Shown here piece by piece: positions 53,967 through 64,000 of a stretch of DNA of 64,000 nt; position 1 is the stretch's first letter; each line of letters starts with the position of its first letter. Position numbers and translations under genes: made by a program. The DNA lies in the IMG/VR virus record IMGVR_UViG_3300045988_079665, one strand, 5' to 3'. The notes under the pieces are model-generated. The model worked only from the letters and a program-made list of their open reading frames with translations. It had not been told where the DNA came from and did no database searches. This stretch comes from a virus.

Positions 53967-54871
53967 TTGCTGTATTAGGATATAATTTTTGTGCAGATAG
54001 AAACGCTATTGACCCTATGCCAACTAACGTCTCACATATTACTAAGACACGCATTGAAAATGGTATATATGACCATTTTAATGTAAGTCAAAATGTAACT
54101 AAGCCATATAATCCGGTTATCCCTACTGATTGGGATTGGGAGACATTGATGGATTGCAACTTTGAGAATAATATCTCAGCTGGTAATGTTGACCAAATTG
54201 CAAAGGATATTACAGGTTACAGACTAAAGCGGCGCAAAGTGGGCGAATTTGAATGGACAACGATTAAAGAGGAAGAAATCGCCGACTTGTCAGAATTGGC
54301 GTTTACGTTCACTGATAATTTAGCGCTTAACTTCACCGAATATCAATATGCATATGTGCCTATGATGAGCGGCGTTGAGGGTGATTATATTATAGAACAG
54401 ATTGCCACTAACTTCAAAGGTGTATTCATTTGCGACCTAGATACAGTATATAAGCTATATAGTGGTGTATCTTATGGTAACAATGACCAAGTACGGCAAG
54501 TTGGTGTATTTACACCATATGGGCGCGAATATCCTATTGTTATTAGCAATGGCTTACAGAATTATCAGATTGGCTCAATTCAGGGCAAGGTGCTACCTGT
54601 TGATTTTGAGAAAAATGGAAATCTTGATAGACAGGAAATCACAGCTAGAAAGAATACCTTGCTAAAGTTCTTAACGAATGGGAAACCCAAGATAATAAAG
54701 GACTGGAATGGTGAGGCTTGGCTCTGCCTTATCACGGGTAATCCCTCAGTATCTTATGATAGTAATTATGGTATGGGCATGTGCGATATTAGTGCAAGTT
54801 GGACAGAAACAGGTAAACCGGATAATAAGTTTGATTTGTTTATGAATGGGCTTATCCCAACGGAGGCATAA
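53963..54871 (+). CDS. tail/baseplate protein (302 aa)
   Basis: ATGA overlap with the upstream gene; position only. Confidence 0.45.
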   Translation: MIAVLGYNFCADRNAIDPMPTNVSHITKTRIENGIYDHFNVSQNVTKPYNPVIPTDWDWETLMDCNFENNISAGNVDQIAKDITGYRLKRRKVGEFEWTTIKEEEIADLSELAFTFTDNLALNFTEYQYAYVPMMSGVEGDYIIEQIATNFKGVFICDLDTVYKLYSGVSYGNNDQVRQVGVFTPYGREYPIVISNGLQNYQIGSIQGKVLPVDFEKNGNLDRQEITARKNTLLKFLTNGKPKIIKDWNGEAWLCLITGNPSVSYDSNYGMGMCDISASWTETGKPDNKFDLFMNGLIPTEA

Positions 54872-54874
54872 CAT

Positions 54875-56956
54875 ATGGCATTGAATATCACACAGGATGA
54901 TTATAATATTCTTAGACAATCATATATCAAGCAATATATTAAACTAGACCTATTGGATTTCAACATGAACGTCGTAGATGAACTAAGCGGAAATCTGATT
55001 GGATTATCAGTTACAGTTGATGCTAATGCTGATTTGCGGCGTTCATGTGAATGTAGCTTAGTTGTTACGGACAACTCCTTTGAGATTAAGGCTGGCGGTA
55101 AGATTTTTCTTGACAAATATATTCGTCCGTGGATAGGTTATTTGAATATCCGTACAGGTAATATCCAGTGGTATAATCAGGGTATATATCTAATCAATGC
55201 ACCTAGTTATCAATATGATGCGGCGACATATACATTATCTTTCTCAGGGCTTGACTTGATGTCCAAATTGACAGGGTTGAGAAATGGTGAACTGCCGGGT
55301 GTGCCAACTAAAATACCTATTGGCTCAGATGTGCGTGGTGCTATTATCGCCGCATTGGAATTAGGCGGGTTTAATAAGTATATAGTAAGTGAATGCAAAA
55401 ATGTGGATGATACCATACAAGAAGTACCATATGATATTGAGATAGCACAAGGCGGCACAGTATATGACATTCTCAAAGAGCTATGTGCTATATTGCCACA
55501 ATATCAGATGTATTTTGATACAGATGGCGTATTTCACTATGAGCTAATTCCAACTGGCGCGAACGACCCTGTGCTAATTGATGACGATATGTGGCAGAAT
55601 ATCCTTATCTCAGAATCAGTAAGTACAGATTTTGAGAATGTCAAGAATTATATAGAGGTATATGGACGAAGCCATGATATTGACCATTTCAGCGATAAGA
55701 CAACTGTATCAGGCTCAACTGTGACATTGCATATCCCGTCATTAACACCAACTGAAACAGGTGGCTCACCATTACAAGAATGGACAGAAATTGGCTTTGT
55801 TCCGCCTAGTGATGTAACAGGTGATATCCAGCTTACAATTACAGCTGGTGCTAGTGAAGCAGAGCCTACCACATTAGGCACATATAAATTTGTCAATAAA
55901 GATGGCTCATATGTAAACAAGCTTGAAAAAGACAAATATTATGTTGGACAATTCCAAGCGGACGACACATTTTTAGACCTAGGACAAGACCAAGCATATG
56001 GAATAGCATATGATAATAACCCAGACAGCCCATTTTATGTGGGTGACCCTGTTGGTTCTAGCTCCGTTGGTATTATTAGACATGTGTGCTATAGTGGAGA
56101 ATATGATAATATCACATCTAATGATTTAGCCAAGCAGAGAGCTGACCTTGAATTATATTGGAGCTGTCGGCTTAATGATAGCATATCATTAGCTACTATA
56201 CCAATTCCATGGTTAGATGTCAACATTATTATGAGCCATGCCATGAAATTGCAAGGCGACCCAAAGAAATATATGATACAGTCATATAATGCAACATACG
56301 GTGAATCAAATAGTATGACCATATCAGCGTCAAGTTGGTATCCATATTATCTTGTAGATGGAACACAAGAGCCGGTTGAGCTAGAATATATTATGTCAAC
56401 TGGAACACAATTCATCAGCACGGGTTTTATCCCTAATAATAATACGCGTGTCCAGATGACATTAGCAATACTTAATGATGTTAGCGGATATTTATTTGGC
56501 TCACATTATACTAACGAGAAAGAAAAGCAGGAAGACCCAGATACATACACTTATTATTCATTACAATATGATAAGGGTGTGTTTACAATGGGATACGACC
56601 AAGAAAATACCAAGACGTTGACTATAGAGCCAACTTTTAATCGTATTACGGTTGACATGAATAAAAACCAGCTTACTGTCAATGGACAATCTATTCAGTA
56701 TGATGCAAAAGAATTCAAGATGAAAAATAATATGGCGCTATTGACTTATACTAAAGACGGATTCTTCCAGACTCCCTGTTTGTCATCATTTTTATATTCA
56801 TGTAAGATATGGGACGATGGTGTATTGATTAGGGATTATATTCCATATCAAAATAAATTGGGCGATGTCGGATTATGGGATAAAGTGCATAGCGTATTTT
56901 ATGGCAATTTTGGCACGGGTAAATTTATTGCTGGGCCAATTGTTAAAAAAGAATGA
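54875..56956 (+). CDS. large tail-tip/baseplate protein (693 aa, Tal-like)
   Basis: Size and position only. Confidence 0.45.
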   Translation: MALNITQDDYNILRQSYIKQYIKLDLLDFNMNVVDELSGNLIGLSVTVDANADLRRSCECSLVVTDNSFEIKAGGKIFLDKYIRPWIGYLNIRTGNIQWYNQGIYLINAPSYQYDAATYTLSFSGLDLMSKLTGLRNGELPGVPTKIPIGSDVRGAIIAALELGGFNKYIVSECKNVDDTIQEVPYDIEIAQGGTVYDILKELCAILPQYQMYFDTDGVFHYELIPTGANDPVLIDDDMWQNILISESVSTDFENVKNYIEVYGRSHDIDHFSDKTTVSGSTVTLHIPSLTPTETGGSPLQEWTEIGFVPPSDVTGDIQLTITAGASEAEPTTLGTYKFVNKDGSYVNKLEKDKYYVGQFQADDTFLDLGQDQAYGIAYDNNPDSPFYVGDPVGSSSVGIIRHVCYSGEYDNITSNDLAKQRADLELYWSCRLNDSISLATIPIPWLDVNIIMSHAMKLQGDPKKYMIQSYNATYGESNSMTISASSWYPYYLVDGTQEPVELEYIMSTGTQFISTGFIPNNNTRVQMTLAILNDVSGYLFGSHYTNEKEKQEDPDTYTYYSLQYDKGVFTMGYDQENTKTLTIEPTFNRITVDMNKNQLTVNGQSIQYDAKEFKMKNNMALLTYTKDGFFQTPCLSSFLYSCKIWDDGVLIRDYIPYQNKLGDVGLWDKVHSVFYGNFGTGKFIAGPIVKKE

Positions 56957-56965
56957 GGTGATTAA

Positions 56966-57292
56966 ATGGCGACTAAATTTCCCGGTCAAGTTGATATATT
57001 TCCAACTATGCTAGATATTACAGCTGATGATGCTGAGTTGGTTAAGCAATATCAAGATGCTATGGAGGCTGGTAGTTATGATGTGGCGCAACAGGTATTA
57101 TCTCAAATACCAAATGGACAACAGAAGATTATTTCAGCTGGTCTTATGAATGATGTGCTAGACGGGCTTACAGCAACAGAGCAATATTTTGGCGATAGAT
57201 ATAGCCCCGGTTATGTTGTATCTGAGACGCAACCGACATTTCAGCAAGCTACGGATTTTTGGTTTCATGTGACAGGAGCGGCTAGTATATGA
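56966..57292 (+). CDS. hypothetical tail-module protein (108 aa)
   Basis: Intact ORF with a GAGGTG RBS. Confidence 0.5.
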   Translation: MATKFPGQVDIFPTMLDITADDAELVKQYQDAMEAGSYDVAQQVLSQIPNGQQKIISAGLMNDVLDGLTATEQYFGDRYSPGYVVSETQPTFQQATDFWFHVTGAASI

Positions 57293-57576
57293 TGACAATG
57301 AAATATCAAGATTTACACCTGACTGATGTTGAATTAAATACACGGTTCAAGCAGTATATGGTGACTGGGCAGTATGAGGAGGCTCTTGCCATTCTAAAAA
57401 ATGACCAGTTAACAGATAAGACAGTAGTAGCCGCATTATTCAATTATGTGACTGGGCGCATTGTTGCAGTTCAATCAACATCAGACCCTACATTTAAGCA
57501 GGATAAAATCAAGGTTGCCGCTGAGCCTCCGGCGGGCATAACAAGCGGACAAGTATACTTCAAATTGAAGGAGTGA
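57289..57576 (+). CDS. hypothetical tail-module protein (95 aa)
   Basis: ATGA overlap. Confidence 0.5.
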   Translation: MMTMKYQDLHLTDVELNTRFKQYMVTGQYEEALAILKNDQLTDKTVVAALFNYVTGRIVAVQSTSDPTFKQDKIKVAAEPPAGITSGQVYFKLKE

Positions 57577-57581
57577 ACAAA

Positions 57582-58916
57582 TTGGCTGAAAAGAAAAATT
57601 TTATCATAGAGAATTATAATGGCACAGATTATGACACACTATATCCAGAAACAAATAGTGGACAGGTACTATTAGATAGTGTTGCTCAAGCCAGTACTAA
57701 CCTTTCATCTGGTTCAACGCTAGATGATGCGCTAAATGGTATTACTAAAGACGGTGGTGGATTCCAAGTTGGTGATACATTGACAACGGCTAGAAAAAAT
57801 TTAGGTAATAAATGGCTATTGTGCAATGGTGCACATGTTTTAACAGAAAATTATCCAGAGCTTGGAGAATTGTTTGATTCGAAGGAATTTGATTGGACAG
57901 TAATAGGTGACTCCGGTAAGACAATATTAAACTTTGCAACGAATGCAGACCAAACAAATGAGAAATTTCTAATTTCAACAAATGATGGGGTATATTTTGG
58001 TAGCACTTTGGTTAATAGCGCTTCTTGGACTAAATTATTCACCTATACAAATGCTGACGTATATTATCTAAATAACACATGGATAGTAATTAGTGATACT
58101 AATTGGAAATATTATTCTGGTAATGAAGTCACGGCAGATAATTTTGCTAACATTTCAGTTCCTAGTTCACCAAGGTACACTTTCGATGACATTGCTTATA
58201 GTGGAGACAAATATTATATTTTGTCTAAGTATACAAAAAGCGATAATACCGAAAAAGATGTTTTAATTTATACAGATTTAGCGGTCGTTCCATCCACTGT
58301 AGATACTAATTATAACAGCTCCTATCGTGCATGGTCGGCACTGTATCCTGTACCAAATGGTGTAGCGACAACAGGACATATTTATTCATCGACATCACAA
58401 CAAAACATCCCCATTCTTTTGATAACGTCTAACGGAACAACAGAGTTGTTTACATCTGATGCCCCGTATTATGACCAGATACCAAAACTATCTATGTTTA
58501 GACATGCACTTTGTTATTTTAACAACAAATATTACATTTATAAATGCACCGATATTTCAACTAGTGACACAACCACCACATATCACAAATCCTTATATAG
58601 CAGCGATACTATTAACGGTACGTACACTATTGTCCAAAATACCAATTCTACTAGTTATATGAATCATCCATTTGTATTTTCTGATAACTTCTTAATTTCG
58701 TATTATGGATGTTATATTGACAAAGAGAATGTTGCACATCCATGGGATTCAGACCTGTCGACTCCAACAGATATCGAAGTTGGCGCAGATAAATATTATG
58801 CTACAATTGGTAGTATTGTGTATAGTTGCCCTAAATCACAACATTTTGTATTGCCCACAGTATCTGTTGCAGATGGGTTGTATACCTACATTAAGGCAAA
58901 ATCAAAAAGTAATTAA
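57582..58916 (+). CDS. putative receptor-binding/tail fibre protein (about 444 aa)
   Basis: Ser/Thr/Asn/Tyr-rich beta-type composition. Start set to TTG 57582 (GAAGGAG 8 nt upstream); GTG 57573 is an alternative. Confidence 0.45.
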   Translation: MAEKKNFIIENYNGTDYDTLYPETNSGQVLLDSVAQASTNLSSGSTLDDALNGITKDGGGFQVGDTLTTARKNLGNKWLLCNGAHVLTENYPELGELFDSKEFDWTVIGDSGKTILNFATNADQTNEKFLISTNDGVYFGSTLVNSASWTKLFTYTNADVYYLNNTWIVISDTNWKYYSGNEVTADNFANISVPSSPRYTFDDIAYSGDKYYILSKYTKSDNTEKDVLIYTDLAVVPSTVDTNYNSSYRAWSALYPVPNGVATTGHIYSSTSQQNIPILLITSNGTTELFTSDAPYYDQIPKLSMFRHALCYFNNKYYIYKCTDISTSDTTTTYHKSLYSSDTINGTYTIVQNTNSTSYMNHPFVFSDNFLISYYGCYIDKENVAHPWDSDLSTPTDIEVGADKYYATIGSIVYSCPKSQHFVLPTVSVADGLYTYIKAKSKSN

Positions 58917-58931
58917 AATGGAGGGAAGTAT

Positions 58932-59141
58932 ATGATTATAACTCCACAATTACCGGCAAGAGCTGGGTATGTAGAAATCGTTGACGAGTATGACAATCAT
59001 GTATATGCACCTACTCAAGATACGATTGATAAACAAGCACAACAGGCTCTAATTGATGAGCTACAAACAAAACTGAATGAAGCCAATAAGGTTATCGATA
59101 CTATGATTGGCTTGTCTACAAAAGAGGAGGTGGCTGAATAA
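58932..59141 (+). CDS. hypothetical protein (69 aa)
   Basis: Intact ORF with a GGAGGGAAG RBS. Confidence 0.5.
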   Translation: MIITPQLPARAGYVEIVDEYDNHVYAPTQDTIDKQAQQALIDELQTKLNEANKVIDTMIGLSTKEEVAE

Positions 59142-59788
59142 TGGAAAGAATTGCATATGCAGAACAATTTAGAAAAGCAGTGCAGTATTTCGCTACAACT
59201 CTACCAGAAGAAAAAGCGCTAGTTGTATCTAGTATCTTTGATGAATGGGCTGTTAATGTAAAATATGTAACTGGTGAATGGGTGGCGTATGGTGTTAATA
59301 CTGTAGGCGACCCACAGCTATATCAGGTGCTACAAGATCATACATCTGCGGCTGAATGGACACCAGATACGGCCACTAGCCTGTATAAGGCGGTTGGCAT
59401 TGACTCAACTGGTATCCCTCTATGGGTTCAGCCACTAGGCGCGACCGACGCATATAAGCTCGGTGATATCGTTATGCACAATGGGAAGAAATGGAAAAGT
59501 TCTATTGACAACAATGTATGGGAACCGGGCGTATATGGCTGGGAAGAAGTGACTGAATCCACAGGAGATGGTGGTGATTCAGGTGGAACTGGTGGAGGCA
59601 GTACAACTGAGCCGGAAACCCCACCTGCTGAAACAATCCCCGATTTTGTCCAACCAACAGGCGCACATGACGCATATAAGAAGGGCGATAAAGTGAGATT
59701 CAATGGCAAGATTTATGAGAGCCTAATTGATGCTAATGCATATAGCCCGTCTGACTATCCTGCTGGTTGGAAGGAAATTACTGAATAA
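59141..59788 (+). CDS. protein with two CBM5/12-like carbohydrate-binding repeats
   Basis: GDIVMHNGKKWKSSIDNNVWEPGVYGWEEV and GDKVRFNGKIYESLIDANAYSPSDYPAGWKEI, separated by a Gly/Thr/Pro linker. Confidence 0.5.
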   Translation: MERIAYAEQFRKAVQYFATTLPEEKALVVSSIFDEWAVNVKYVTGEWVAYGVNTVGDPQLYQVLQDHTSAAEWTPDTATSLYKAVGIDSTGIPLWVQPLGATDAYKLGDIVMHNGKKWKSSIDNNVWEPGVYGWEEVTESTGDGGDSGGTGGGSTTEPETPPAETIPDFVQPTGAHDAYKKGDKVRFNGKIYESLIDANAYSPSDYPAGWKEITE

Positions 59789-59811
59789 TAGGAATATAGG
59801 AGGAATATAAA

Positions 59812-60129
59812 ATGGATTATACTCAGATTATTGTTAGTGTTATTAGTCTTATCGTTGCTGTTCTTACTGGTGTTCTTGTACCATATCTCAAGCAGAAATA
59901 TGGTGAAACTAAGATTGCCCAGACACAGCAATATGTAGATATTGCAGTCAGAGCCGCAGAACAACTGTTCAAGACCGAACAAGCACAAGAGAAAAAGGCA
60001 TATGTTGTCAATTACCTGTCTGAGCGTGGCATTAAGTTCGATACGGCTACTATTGAGAATATGATTGAATCCAGCGTCCTACTGCTCCACAATGAGCTAT
60101 ATGGCACTAAGCAAGAGGAGAATAAATAA
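59812..60129 (+). CDS. holin (LL-H-like)
   Basis: N-terminal TM IIVSVISLIVAVLTGVLVPYL followed by AVRAAEQLF...; lies directly upstream of the lysin. Confidence 0.6.
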   Translation: MDYTQIIVSVISLIVAVLTGVLVPYLKQKYGETKIAQTQQYVDIAVRAAEQLFKTEQAQEKKAYVVNYLSERGIKFDTATIENMIESSVLLLHNELYGTKQEENK

Positions 60130-60797
60130 TGGCTGTTTATATTGGTCAAGCTAGCATTGATGAAAATGGCGGCATTAAGAATGGCCAAGCTGGTAATCAA
60201 TCAGGTCGTGAGCTGAATCGGTCTAATTGGTATAATGGCGGTTGGACATTACTGATTCGAGCTAAAGACCCAAAGACGGCTGAAAAGATGGCTAAGGCGT
60301 GTGAAGCCGGTGTAGCTAATAAAAATATTGGCTATGATCAATGGCAGAGAAATACGCTTAGAGTTGAAGCAAAGAAAGCTAGTTGGAATCTAGGCGCAAT
60401 CAAGACGCCATGTGAAACAGACTGTAGTGCATTTATGGCGGTTTGCGCTGAAGCTGCTGATGTCAATATGGATGTGGCATATACACAGGGTAATGCTCCT
60501 GCTACATTCCAGATGAAACAGCAATGGGCTAAGACGGGTAAATTTGAGATGATTACAGATAAGAAATATCTAACATCTAGTGATTATCTCAAGCGTGGCG
60601 ATGTGCTAGTTAATGAGTCTAGACATACCGTAATGGTGCTTAACGATGGGTCTAAAGCCGAACAGATTGATGAGAAGCATGAGGCAAACAAAGCCAAGGT
60701 AAAGAGCCGTTTTGGATTTACCGATGCTACAGTAAATTGGCTAGATACATATAAATATAATAAAGACCTGATGGATAAATTAGCTAATAAGGGATGA
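60129..60797 (+). CDS. endolysin, Amidase_5/NlpC-P60-like peptidoglycan hydrolase
   Basis: N-terminal GQASIDENGGIKNGQAGNQSGRE and the catalytic-type CETDCSAFMAVC; follows the holin with an ATAATG overlap. Confidence 0.6.
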   Translation: MAVYIGQASIDENGGIKNGQAGNQSGRELNRSNWYNGGWTLLIRAKDPKTAEKMAKACEAGVANKNIGYDQWQRNTLRVEAKKASWNLGAIKTPCETDCSAFMAVCAEAADVNMDVAYTQGNAPATFQMKQQWAKTGKFEMITDKKYLTSSDYLKRGDVLVNESRHTVMVLNDGSKAEQIDEKHEANKAKVKSRFGFTDATVNWLDTYKYNKDLMDKLANKG

Positions 60798-60803
60798 TAA
60801 CCC

Positions 60804-61064
60804 ATGTTTAAACTTAGAAATAAGCGAAGATGGGCTAAAGGGGAAATGAGCCGGACGATAGTAATATACTGTCTCCGGCTCTTAACTTTAGTAATGATAT
60901 GGGCAGCTTGCCTAAAGACATATGCTATTATACGCTGGGGTGAGACAATTGGGTGTGACCTTAGTGATGTGCTGATATATGCAGCTGGTGCATTTGGCTT
61001 TGAGCTGATTTCTTTGGCATTCAAGCGCATCTTTGCTAAGAAGAATGAAGAGGTAGAAATATGA
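60804..61064 (+). CDS. small membrane protein (86 aa), possible lysis accessory
   Basis: Two hydrophobic segments (IVIYCLRLLTLVMIWAACL and VLIYAAGAFGFELISLAF). Confidence 0.5.
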   Translation: MFKLRNKRRWAKGEMSRTIVIYCLRLLTLVMIWAACLKTYAIIRWGETIGCDLSDVLIYAAGAFGFELISLAFKRIFAKKNEEVEI

Positions 61065-61550
61065 AAATTTTAGCCAAAGATGGTAAAGCAATTAAGCTTA
61101 ATGGGGGAGTGATATTGCCTCCTTCTGCCGCTGGCTCTGATGTTAATATCCAATATAATGTAATCGACGCATCTTTTTTTTGAAAGAAATAAAAGTGACG
61201 GTAGCGTAACAATCAATCTACCAACAACCGCTAACAATTGGGCGTTTTTAGTGCAAGGTACTGGAGTTATGACAGATTATAATACAGGTTTAGTCCCGGC
61301 GAGTGGAGACGAATCACCAAGCAGCTTTATGATGTTTGCTAGTTTTGATAGTAATGACGCAGAGAATAATACCCTATATTCTGCTTGCGGTTATTTATAT
61401 AATGTTGAATCTGACACAGGTTTAATGTTTGTGCCAATTAAATATGAAAATAATAAATATCAACTACCGTTTATTGTTGAATTTGCTAAAGAAAGTTATT
61501 TTATTTGGACAGTCACATCAGTTTGTTATTCTGTTTTAATAACGTGGTAA
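61061..61550 (+). pseudogene. ORF split by a +1 frame change at a T8 tract (61174..61181)
   Basis: ATG 61061 (ATGA overlap) reads to TGA at 61181. Frame +1 is open from 61164 to 61550, and loss of one T would fuse both parts into 163 codons. Confidence 0.45.
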
Positions 61551-61584
61551 TAATAAATAAAAACAAGGAAAGGAGTTGGTAGAG

Positions 61585-62289
61585 GTGAATATAACATTAA
61601 CAGGTAAGAAAATATCACAAGATGAGCGGATTTTAGCGTTCAAGAAAGATAATTTGACTGCTCAGATGACATTCACTGTGGACACTGACGATTCTTGGGT
61701 ATACAAGCTAGATGTGCGATTACCTGAAAAATGCTGCACTGGCGAAGAATTGTTCAATATTATTGATCTGCCAATGGACGCAAACCGCACTTGCACGATT
61801 GATGTCACGGCGGCTATGGTGCCCCTTACTGGCAAATATACCATGCAGTTGCGCGGCATTAGTGGCGAACAGGTGTATCATAGTGATACATTTGAAGTAT
61901 GGGTTAAGTACAGTATAGACCCCGGCATGGCATATGACCCAGTTCCTAGCGAATTTTATCAAATTGAGCAAAATATAACAGAAATTAACAATCATCCTCC
62001 TTATCCTGATATTAGTGGATTCTGGATGATATGGAATCCGCAAACACATAAATATGAATTGAGTGATATTCCTGTGCCTACTGAGGGTGGCGGCGATAAG
62101 ACATATGTATTCACTCAAGCCACAGCATCAGACACATGGGAAATTAAGCACAACCTATATAAATACCCATCTGTATCTATTGTAGATACTGGGGATAATA
62201 TAGTATATGGTGACGTTGAATATATAGATATTAACAATTGTGTATGTCATTTTTCCGCGCCATTTAGCGGAAAGGCGTATTTGAATTAA
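61585..62289 (+). CDS. hypothetical structural-like protein (234 aa, GTG start)
   Basis: AGGAG 9 nt before GTG 61585; precedes the fibre gene. Confidence 0.5.
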   Translation: MNITLTGKKISQDERILAFKKDNLTAQMTFTVDTDDSWVYKLDVRLPEKCCTGEELFNIIDLPMDANRTCTIDVTAAMVPLTGKYTMQLRGISGEQVYHSDTFEVWVKYSIDPGMAYDPVPSEFYQIEQNITEINNHPPYPDISGFWMIWNPQTHKYELSDIPVPTEGGGDKTYVFTQATASDTWEIKHNLYKYPSVSIVDTGDNIVYGDVEYIDINNCVCHFSAPFSGKAYLN

Positions 62290-62304
62290 GGAGGATAATA
62301 TAAT

Positions 62305-64000
62305 ATGAAATATGTAAATTCATTAAATCTATTACAGAACGAACTACAAAATGCCGTAATTCAGGTGCTAGCTACTGACCCAGCCAATGGCAAGATGGGG
62401 CAGATTTATTATAATAGCACAATTAAGGCGCTCATGCAGTATGATGGCACACAGTGGAATAGAGTTGGCGTTGTATATCAGCAAGATTCAACAACTGGCG
62501 CGGTCATTACTGGACTTGATGCTAGCGGCAATGTAACCACTACTAATGTCACGGGTCTTACTCTGACTGATTATACCCCTGTTGAGGACGGCTATGTGTC
62601 TGCCAATATGAGCTTGGAGGATGCACTTAAGGCTCTTGATACAGCTGTTAAGAATGCTGTAGCTGGTGGTGGTGAAGTCAACCAGAACGCATGGTCTAAT
62701 ATTAGCGTTAAGAAGCAAAGCACAGCTACTACAGCGGTTACGGGAGCTGCGGCCGATACGACCATTGCCGCTACTGCCAAGACGGATACATTCTCTGTAG
62801 CATCTGGTAACAAATGGGTTGATGTTGGTTCAACTGGTAAGCAAATCAATATTGGGCATAGTCTGAGCGGTGTTACAGCTGGTACTACAGGTGCGGCTAA
62901 TTCCGTTCCTGCTATCACGGTTGATGCGGCTGGTCATATTACCAAGGTTGAGGCTAAGACAATCACCGCTGCTGCTATTGGTGCTGACCCTGCCGGTTCT
63001 GCTGCGGCTGTTCTAGGCGTTGATGGCGACACTAGCGATAAGAATACGGTATTTGGCGTTAAGGCGCTAGCTACTCAGGCATCTGCTGATGCGGCTGCTG
63101 CTGAAGCGTTAGCCAATGAGAAGGTGGCATCTGTTGGTGCTACTGCTAATGGCGGCATTGAAATTGGTGGCACGGCAACTGAGCCTACTGTTGGCATTAA
63201 GCTAGACCCAGCAAGTGGCAATGCGGCTACTTTAGGTGCGGCTGGTCTTATGGTTACCATTCCAGAAGTGACAGTTCCAGAATATACAATCAAAAAGCTA
63301 GCCACAGCTACCACAGGCTATTTAGCATCTTATCAGCTTGAGAAAGATGGAGCCAAAGCTGGTGAGGTCATTAACATTCCCAAGGACTATCTAGTAAAGA
63401 GCGCTGAAATCAAGACCTCTACTGGCACGGCTGACCCATCCAAGTTACCTGAAGGCTCTAAGTATATTGACTTCGTTATCAATACTTATGATACTGCATC
63501 TGGTACTGGTACAGAGAGCCATATCTATCTAGATGTTCAGAGCCTAGTTGATGTTTATACAGCTGGTAATGGTATTGAGATTAGTGAGGCAAATGCTATC
63601 TCAGCAAAGGTCGTTGCGGCTAATGGTTTATCTGTTGGCGCAACTGGTATTGCTATGGCTCTTGTATCTGCTGATACAAATGGCGCAATGTCTAGTACAC
63701 AGTTTACCAAACTAGCAGGTATTGATGAAGGCGCAACTAAGAATACCATTACTCTCAATGGCACAGTAACAAAGACTCCCAGCTTCTATGCACCTACTAC
63801 GGCTGGTACATCTGGTCAGCATCTAGTATCTAATGGTACAGGTGCGCCAACATGGCAGAATATGCCAACTATTCTCAAGAAATATACGGCTACTAATGGC
63901 GCTATCACGGCGGTTGGCGGTGCGTTCTCTTGGACTATTGCGGCTGCTACCCATGGTGTTTCTAGCCCTATTGCTGTACAGGTATATGAAGTTTCAACTG
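62305..64000 (+). CDS. tail-fibre-like protein, partial (open to the window end)
   Basis: Hand-translated with no stop through 64000. GGAGGA RBS; Ala/Gly/Thr-rich repeats such as ITAAAIGADPAGSAAAV and GATGIAMALVSADTNGAMSSTQFTKLAGIDEGA are typical of phage fibres. Confidence 0.7.
   Translation, partial: MKYVNSLNLLQNELQNAVIQVLATDPANGKMGQIYYNSTIKALMQYDGTQWNRVGVVYQQDSTTGAVITGLDASGNVTTTNVTGLTLTDYTPVEDGYVSANMSLEDALKALDTAVKNAVAGGGEVNQNAWSNISVKKQSTATTAVTGAAADTTIAATAKTDTFSVASGNKWVDVGSTGKQINIGHSLSGVTAGTTGAANSVPAITVDAAGHITKVEAKTITAAAIGADPAGSAAAVLGVDGDTSDKNTVFGVKALATQASADAAAAEALANEKVASVGATANGGIEIGGTATEPTVGIKLDPASGNAATLGAAGLMVTIPEVTVPEYTIKKLATATTGYLASYQLEKDGAKAGEVINIPKDYLVKSAEIKTSTGTADPSKLPEGSKYIDFVINTYDTASGTGTESHIYLDVQSLVDVYTAGNGIEISEANAISAKVVAANGLSVGATGIAMALVSADTNGAMSSTQFTKLAGIDEGATKNTITLNGTVTKTPSFYAPTTAGTSGQHLVSNGTGAPTWQNMPTILKKYTATNGAITAVGGAFSWTIAAATHGVSSPIAVQVYEVST

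Noticed and set aside
1-64000. Stop-codon reassignment (a suppressor-tRNA phage code)
   Set aside because: TAA, TAG and TGA all terminate well-formed, RBS-preceded ORFs (for example TAG at 45147..45149). Long genes are intact under the standard code.

Overview
The window reads as most of a temperate siphovirus-like phage or prophage from a low-GC Firmicutes-type host (AGGAGG ribosome sites, frequent TTG/GTG starts, standard genetic code). All family calls below come from motifs read by eye; no searches were run. Layout: (i) 1..10152 and 16436..21271 are minus-strand early genes (tyrosine integrase, HU, SleB-like hydrolase, Lar-like antirestriction, dCMP deaminase, DUF1599-like, DUF4041/T5orf172-like). 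They are driven by a series of near-perfect TTGACA-17-TATAAT promoters. (ii) 10.6..14.3 kb is a GC-richer island of small minus-strand genes, flanked by AT-rich repeat and palindrome fields, next to a lone plus-strand gene (15339..16379). (iii) From 21437 onward the genes run on the plus strand: GIY-YIG endonuclease, a YonO-like single-subunit two-barrel RNA polymerase (DFDGD motif), a solo TnpB element, two HU-like genes and a metallophosphoesterase. These are followed by terS/terL/portal/capsid/tail/lysis modules and a fibre gene that runs off the window. The most notable observations are two large promoter-driven non-coding units (2830..4631 with embedded tRNA-like modules; 28385..29306). 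The tape measure gene is split by two group I introns whose P1/P10 pairings are readable in the sequence. One intron carries a promoter plus a membrane-protein ORF, the other a homing endonuclease. There are also paralogous promoter-hairpin cassettes and a well-folded type-II tRNA with an abnormal anticodon loop.
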